From Alphaproteobacteria bacterium (GTDB lineage: Bacteria; Pseudomonadota; Alphaproteobacteria; Rickettsiales; JABCZZ01): DNA of 64,000 nucleotides. Both the position numbers and the translations under genes were made by a program. Positions 59,881 to 64,000 of the stretch are shown piece by piece. The stretch lies in NCBI GenBank assembly GCA_013288335.1, contig JABDCC010000002.1, forward strand, positions 8,521 through 72,520, given 5' to 3'. Below the pieces are notes generated by a model that was not told the origin of the DNA, did not search any database, and was given only the letters and a program-made list of their open reading frames with translations. Numbering within the stretch: the stretch's first letter is position 1; the number at the start of each line of letters is the position of its first letter.

Positions 59881-60545
59881 GCATCACCGATCGTTTGAGC
59901 GCAATAAAAGCTAATATTGCAAAGCTGCAAAAAGAATCTCCGCTGGCTGCAAAGCATGTAAAATTAATTGCGGTGAGCAAGGCACAATCCATTGAGGCCA
60001 TTACTGAATTACTGGAAGCAGGACAAAGAGTTTTTGGTGAAAATCGAGTACAGGAAGCCGCGGAAAAATGGCCAAATTTACGAGAGAAATATCCCGATAT
60101 TGAATTGCATTTAATAGGCTCTCTGCAAACCAACAAAGTGCGTGAGGCGCTTGAGTTATTTGATGTAATTGAGGCAGTGGACCGCGTGGGGTTGGTGGAT
60201 GCAATTGTGAAAGAAAGTAGCAAATTAAATGCAATACGTTGCAAAAAATTCTTCATTCAGGTGAATATTGGTAATGAGCCACAAAAGGGGGGTATCTCTA
60301 TAGAAGCACTCCCTCACTTACTTGCGGCTTGTAATCTGCAACCTGCTACTCTTGTCTCCGGCCTCATGTGTGTGCCGCCTGCCGACCAATTACCTGCACC
60401 CTATTTTGCACTGCTTTATAAATTAGCAAAGGAACATAGCTTACCAAACCTTAGCATGGGCATGAGCGGGGATTATGAAACAGCCACGAGACTCGGCGCT
60501 ACCCATGTGCGCATCGGCACTGCGTTGTTTGGTGAGCGGAAGTAA
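59877..60545 (+). CDS. yggS: YggS-family pyridoxal-phosphate homeostasis protein
   Basis: 222 aa, ATGA-coupled to the upstream gene. PLP-Lys context LIAVSKAQS, HLIGSLQTNKV, and C-terminal SMGMSGDYE.A...GATHVRIGTALFG. Confidence 0.85.
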   Translation: MSITDRLSAIKANIAKLQKESPLAAKHVKLIAVSKAQSIEAITELLEAGQRVFGENRVQEAAEKWPNLREKYPDIELHLIGSLQTNKVREALELFDVIEAVDRVGLVDAIVKESSKLNAIRCKKFFIQVNIGNEPQKGGISIEALPHLLAACNLQPATLVSGLMCVPPADQLPAPYFALLYKLAKEHSLPNLSMGMSGDYETATRLGATHVRIGTALFGERK

Positions 60546-60552
60546 AAATAAA

Positions 60553-61602
60553 TCACTTCGCTTTAATCACCCCTAGCAAATCGGTTTCCAGTGAGTTATT
60601 GTCATTGGCGGGAGTTTGTTCTGCAAATACTTTCTCCGAACAGCTATCGCGCTTCCAATTACTGATATCGGCGTTCATATTCACCTCCTGCCATTTCGGA
60701 TGACCGGTGGCTTTTAAATCGTCAAGATTATCAATCAGGATTTTGGCAAGCTTGGCCATATTTTTGCAATGATCGGCGTAATATGCGCCTTTTTTCATAG
60801 TGTAATCATACGTCACCAGAAGCGCAGTCACTGCGATGGTTGGAACATTTTCCATTACGAAATTATAATCACTATGGGTAATGGTCGCTGGCTTATATTC
60901 CTTGAGTAATCGCGGATCATCCAGCGGGAGGAAATGCACCTGATCGAGCTTTCCGGCATTCGGCCCTTGCGTGATTTTTGCCAGCTCTTCCATGTTCTTA
61001 AACATCTTCACAGGCTTGCCACCTACGAACACAATGGCATCCACCTCATCATTCAATACCGCGATGACGCCATGCGGCGGGTCTACTTCATACATCTTCG
61101 CAGGAGTCACTCCCACCAACGAGAATATATTTACTGCGGTGAGCATACTGCCACTGCCTTCGCTGCCAACCACTACGCGTTTGCCGGAGAGTTCTGCAAG
61201 GCTAGTAATACTACGGCGCGTCAGGATATGTACTTCTTCATCATAAAACGGCGCAACGAGACGAATCTTTTTTGCGACTTCAATGGAATGTGGATTTTTA
61301 GAATGGCTCAAAAAGCCGAGCACATCGGATTGCACGATGGCAAGGCCAACATTGCCCTTGCTGGTAATGCGTTTTATATTGTCAATCGAACCTTTGGAAT
61401 CGAACACATTTACGGTCAAGCCGTATTTTGCCGCTTCTCTTGCGATGTCTTTACCAAAGGCAATATAGGTTCCGGCTTTTGAGCCGGTGACAATGCCGAG
61501 CGCCTGATCGGAATCATCTGCATTGTGGTGATGTGCCGCCAAAGCTCCTGTGGTTGAAGCAAGAAGCAATAAAACAAATGCTGCAATCGTTTGCAATTTC
61601 AT
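60553..61602 (-). CDS. TAXI-family TRAP-type solute-binding protein (orphan)
   Basis: 349 aa with a signal peptide. TAXI-like segments are present (TGSKAGTYIAFGKDIA, LAIVQSDV, LSGKRVVVGSEGSGS, DAIVFVGGKPV). No TRAP membrane component is adjacent. Confidence 0.65.
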   Translation of the reverse strand: MKLQTIAAFVLLLLASTTGALAAHHHNADDSDQALGIVTGSKAGTYIAFGKDIAREAAKYGLTVNVFDSKGSIDNIKRITSKGNVGLAIVQSDVLGFLSHSKNPHSIEVAKKIRLVAPFYDEEVHILTRRSITSLAELSGKRVVVGSEGSGSMLTAVNIFSLVGVTPAKMYEVDPPHGVIAVLNDEVDAIVFVGGKPVKMFKNMEELAKITQGPNAGKLDQVHFLPLDDPRLLKEYKPATITHSDYNFVMENVPTIAVTALLVTYDYTMKKGAYYADHCKNMAKLAKILIDNLDDLKATGHPKWQEVNMNADISNWKRDSCSEKVFAEQTPANDNNSLETDLLGVIKAK

Positions 61603-61627
61603 ATCAAGACCTCATGTAATATCGGGA

Positions 61628-62170
61628 TTAATCTCTGCTCAGTATGGAGAGCAAATCCTGCTGGTTAATTTTATTTTGTTCTGCAGCAGAGACAGAATTA
61701 TCAGTTTTTTTATTGGCAAGCTCAAGCAATGGCTTCGCCGGTTGTGCTTTTAATTCCAGAACCGGTCGGGGCGCGGATTTTGTTTCCACCACCGGAGGTA
61801 CTGGTTTTGTAACAGCAAGCTGGGTTTGGGGTTTACTGTCGTTAAGTAAAATTGCCAAGCCAATATTGACCGCAACAAATAACGATACCAATAACAGGGT
61901 AAATTTGAAATTCAGTGAATGATTAGGTGCCGAATCGGCTGCCTTAACAACTTCAGGAGTATCCGAAGATTGTATTGCTTCTTTGCGAGGAAATGCAAAG
62001 TTCTTCAGTTTCGGTGTATTGAGTGGTTTGGTTTCCAGAGTAGTTTTCGCAGCAGGTTTGATCAGCGTAAATTTTGAAACATTATTATTTTCATCATGTT
62101 CCGTTATGCTAAGTTCTGAACTACTGGCAGTTGAACTAAATGATACAGAACTTACTTTTCCACGCGGCAT
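61628..62170 (-). CDS. hypothetical single-pass membrane protein
   Basis: 180-aa ORF 25 nt upstream of the TAXI gene on the same strand. One TM helix (FTLLLVSLFVAVNIGLAILL) and S/T/P/K-rich flanks. Confidence 0.45.
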   Translation of the reverse strand: MPRGKVSSVSFSSTASSSELSITEHDENNNVSKFTLIKPAAKTTLETKPLNTPKLKNFAFPRKEAIQSSDTPEVVKAADSAPNHSLNFKFTLLLVSLFVAVNIGLAILLNDSKPQTQLAVTKPVPPVVETKSAPRPVLELKAQPAKPLLELANKKTDNSVSAAEQNKINQQDLLSILSRD

Positions 62171-62424
62171 GATTATAATCTCCCTATTACCATTGAGTTG
62201 ATCTACACATATAGTGTGATTAAAGCAACATTTGCATAAACCGGAACATATAAGGTTTAAGCTAATAGAGTTAAAAAAAGGTTAACATAATTGAAAATTA
62301 TGGTAATAAATAATATAATTACATAATATGTTTGTATAATAAATAAATATACATATTTACTTGCGCAATTATTACTATTACTATAATAATTCCGACCCTT
62401 AAAGATAAAATATAAGAGAAATTT

Positions 62425-64000
62425 ATGACCGAGCAGAAACTATCTGGCGCAGAAACCATTAAAAAGAACAGCAAAAATTTGCGCGGGAATATTTCAGCGG
62501 AACTTGCTGACAGCAACGAATTTGTCTCGGATGAATCCTATGAGCTTTTAAAGTTCCACGGCAGCTACCAAGGCTATGATCGTGACTCAGCCACCGCACG
62601 CAAAAAACAGGGGTTGGACAAAGTCTGGGAATTCATGCTTCGGCTTAAAATTCCCGGCGGCAGGTTTACCGCCGATCAATATCTGGCGCTTGATACATTA
62701 TGCGATACCCATGCGAACGGAACGCTACGAATTACTACGCGACAGACTTTTCAGTTTCATTGTATCGTAAAAGCGCATTTAAAACCTTTTATCGCCGATA
62801 TTAATCGTATCCTGCTTTCCACGCTTGGCGGCTGCGGCGATGTGGTGCGCAATGTCATCACCTGCCCAGCTCCTATTCATGATAATATTCATTCCGTACT
62901 TGAAAATGCCTGCTTCACACTTGCAAAAGAGCTGGCGCCCAAAACCGATGCTTACTGGGATATCTGGCTCGACGGTGAAAAGATGGATAATTATCCGTTC
63001 ATACCTTCGCCGGTTGAGAATTCTACAGGTAGCATTGAACCGCTTTACGGCGACACCTATATGCCGCGCAAATTTAAAATCGCGCTTGGCCAGCCCGAAG
63101 ATAACTGCATGGATGTGTTATGCAATGACCTCGCACTACTTGCGCTTTTCGACGGTCAGGAATTAAAAGGCTATAATATAGCGCTCGGTGGCGGGCTTGG
63201 TATGAATCACAATAATGCAAAAACTTACCCTTACCTTGCAAAACCGGTGGCATTTATCAAACCACAGGATTTGGTGAAAGCATCCGAGGCAGTCGTGAAG
63301 TTACAGCGCGACCACGGTGACAGAGGCGACCGTAAACATGCGCGACTTAAATATGTGGTCGCAGAAAAAGGTCTTGGCTGGACGAAGTCCACGCTTGATG
63401 GCTATTTCGGCTCCGAGCTTGAGGCTGCCAAACCTACACCCAACTGGGCGATTGTCGATCACATGGGTTGGCATGAACAGGGTAATGGCAAATGGTTCTT
63501 GGGCGTGCCTATTCCGAGTGGCCGCATTGGCGATAATATTCATGGTGTCAATTACCGCTCTGCTTTGCGCGAGGTGATATCTACTTACAAAATGCCCCTC
63601 GTACTTACCGTCGATCAGAACATTATTTTGAGCGAAATTGAAGCAGGCGAAAAAATATCTATTGAAAGAATCTTGCGCAAACACGGTGTACGCTTACGCG
63701 AAGACTTAACTGATCTTGCGCGCAATTTCATTGCCTGTGTGGCACTTCCTACCTGCGGCAAAGCGCTTGCTGAAGCTGAGCGTGTGCAGCATCCACTCGA
63801 AGAGGCGCTACAAAAACTGATGGATAAACATGATATCGGCAAAGACAAAATAGCCGTACGGATTGCCGGTTGCCCCAATGGTTGTCCGCGCCCTTATGTC
63901 GGCGACATAGGAATCATCGGGCGCACGCCTGAGCATTATTCTATTTATGTCGGTGGCGACTTTGAAGGCACGCGCCTTAATGAAAAAATATTTGATAAAG
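62425..64000 (+). CDS. cysI: assimilatory sulfite reductase hemoprotein subunit (5' ~525 codons; runs off window end)
   Basis: Not in ORF track (no stop in window). From ATG 62425 it translates MTEQKLSGAETIKKNSKNLRGNI..ELLKFHGSYQGYDRD..RLKIPGGRFTADQYLALD..LRITTRQTFQFH. Later ALPTCGKALAEAER and AGCPNGCPRPY give the siroheme/4Fe-4S Cys motifs. Confidence 0.85.
   Translation, partial: MTEQKLSGAETIKKNSKNLRGNISAELADSNEFVSDESYELLKFHGSYQGYDRDSATARKKQGLDKVWEFMLRLKIPGGRFTADQYLALDTLCDTHANGTLRITTRQTFQFHCIVKAHLKPFIADINRILLSTLGGCGDVVRNVITCPAPIHDNIHSVLENACFTLAKELAPKTDAYWDIWLDGEKMDNYPFIPSPVENSTGSIEPLYGDTYMPRKFKIALGQPEDNCMDVLCNDLALLALFDGQELKGYNIALGGGLGMNHNNAKTYPYLAKPVAFIKPQDLVKASEAVVKLQRDHGDRGDRKHARLKYVVAEKGLGWTKSTLDGYFGSELEAAKPTPNWAIVDHMGWHEQGNGKWFLGVPIPSGRIGDNIHGVNYRSALREVISTYKMPLVLTVDQNIILSEIEAGEKISIERILRKHGVRLREDLTDLARNFIACVALPTCGKALAEAERVQHPLEEALQKLMDKHDIGKDKIAVRIAGCPNGCPRPYVGDIGIIGRTPEHYSIYVGGDFEGTRLNEKIFDK

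Noticed and set aside
62171-62424. Very AT-rich ~250-bp region upstream of cysI with repetitive-looking ATAATA/AATAAATA strings, plus ORF 62319-62516 (-).
   Set aside because: I could find no regular spacing or true direct or inverted repeat. It is best explained as an AT-rich promoter or leader region. The ORF is a low-complexity artefact that overlaps the cysI start.

Overview
This 64-kb window is gene-dense core chromosome from an alphaproteobacterium. The evidence for that is the 16S sequence and three alpha-typical syntenies: secB-tim44-like-mltA, hisG-hisD-UPF0262 and DUF484-xerC. It looks moderately AT-rich by eye (not computed). I support about 60 CDS, 2 tRNAs (Thr-GGU, Leu-CAA) and one complete 16S rRNA gene. 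I found no CRISPR array, transposase, phage integrase or prophage. Most genes are housekeeping: tsaC, xseA, hisE/G/D, murA, thrB, rnhA, aceB, rsmA, secB, mltA, obg, manC, an msbA-like ABC exporter, dgkA, pmbA, rlmB, priA, tal, xerC, cca, glnD, yggS and a 5' part of cysI. Two separate flagellar loci are embedded: fliI-fliJ at 5-6.8 kb and fliK-flgD-flgE at 30-35.5 kb. A small motility/chemotaxis-flavoured accessory patch lies at 20-25.8 kb. No obvious defence or mobile system is visible. The items worth a second look, roughly in order of interest:
1. Two tandem secreted paralogs share an unrecognised 2-Cys domain fused to Pro/Ala-rich tails and are translationally coupled to fliJ.
2. FlgE is 958 aa, with a ~600-aa insertion containing two repeats, and sits next to a low-complexity FliK ruler.
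3. A consensus sigma54 promoter with an upstream inverted repeat precedes fliK.
4. A diverged beta-carbonic-anhydrase-like protein is tightly coupled to an 82-aa ORF.
5. A strongly diverged monomeric isocitrate-dehydrogenase-like protein follows glnD.
6. The 16S gene is unlinked from 23S/5S and has its own intrinsic terminator.
7. priA carries a GC-rich palindromic in-frame insert.
All functional calls come from motif and family recognition by eye; no database search was run.
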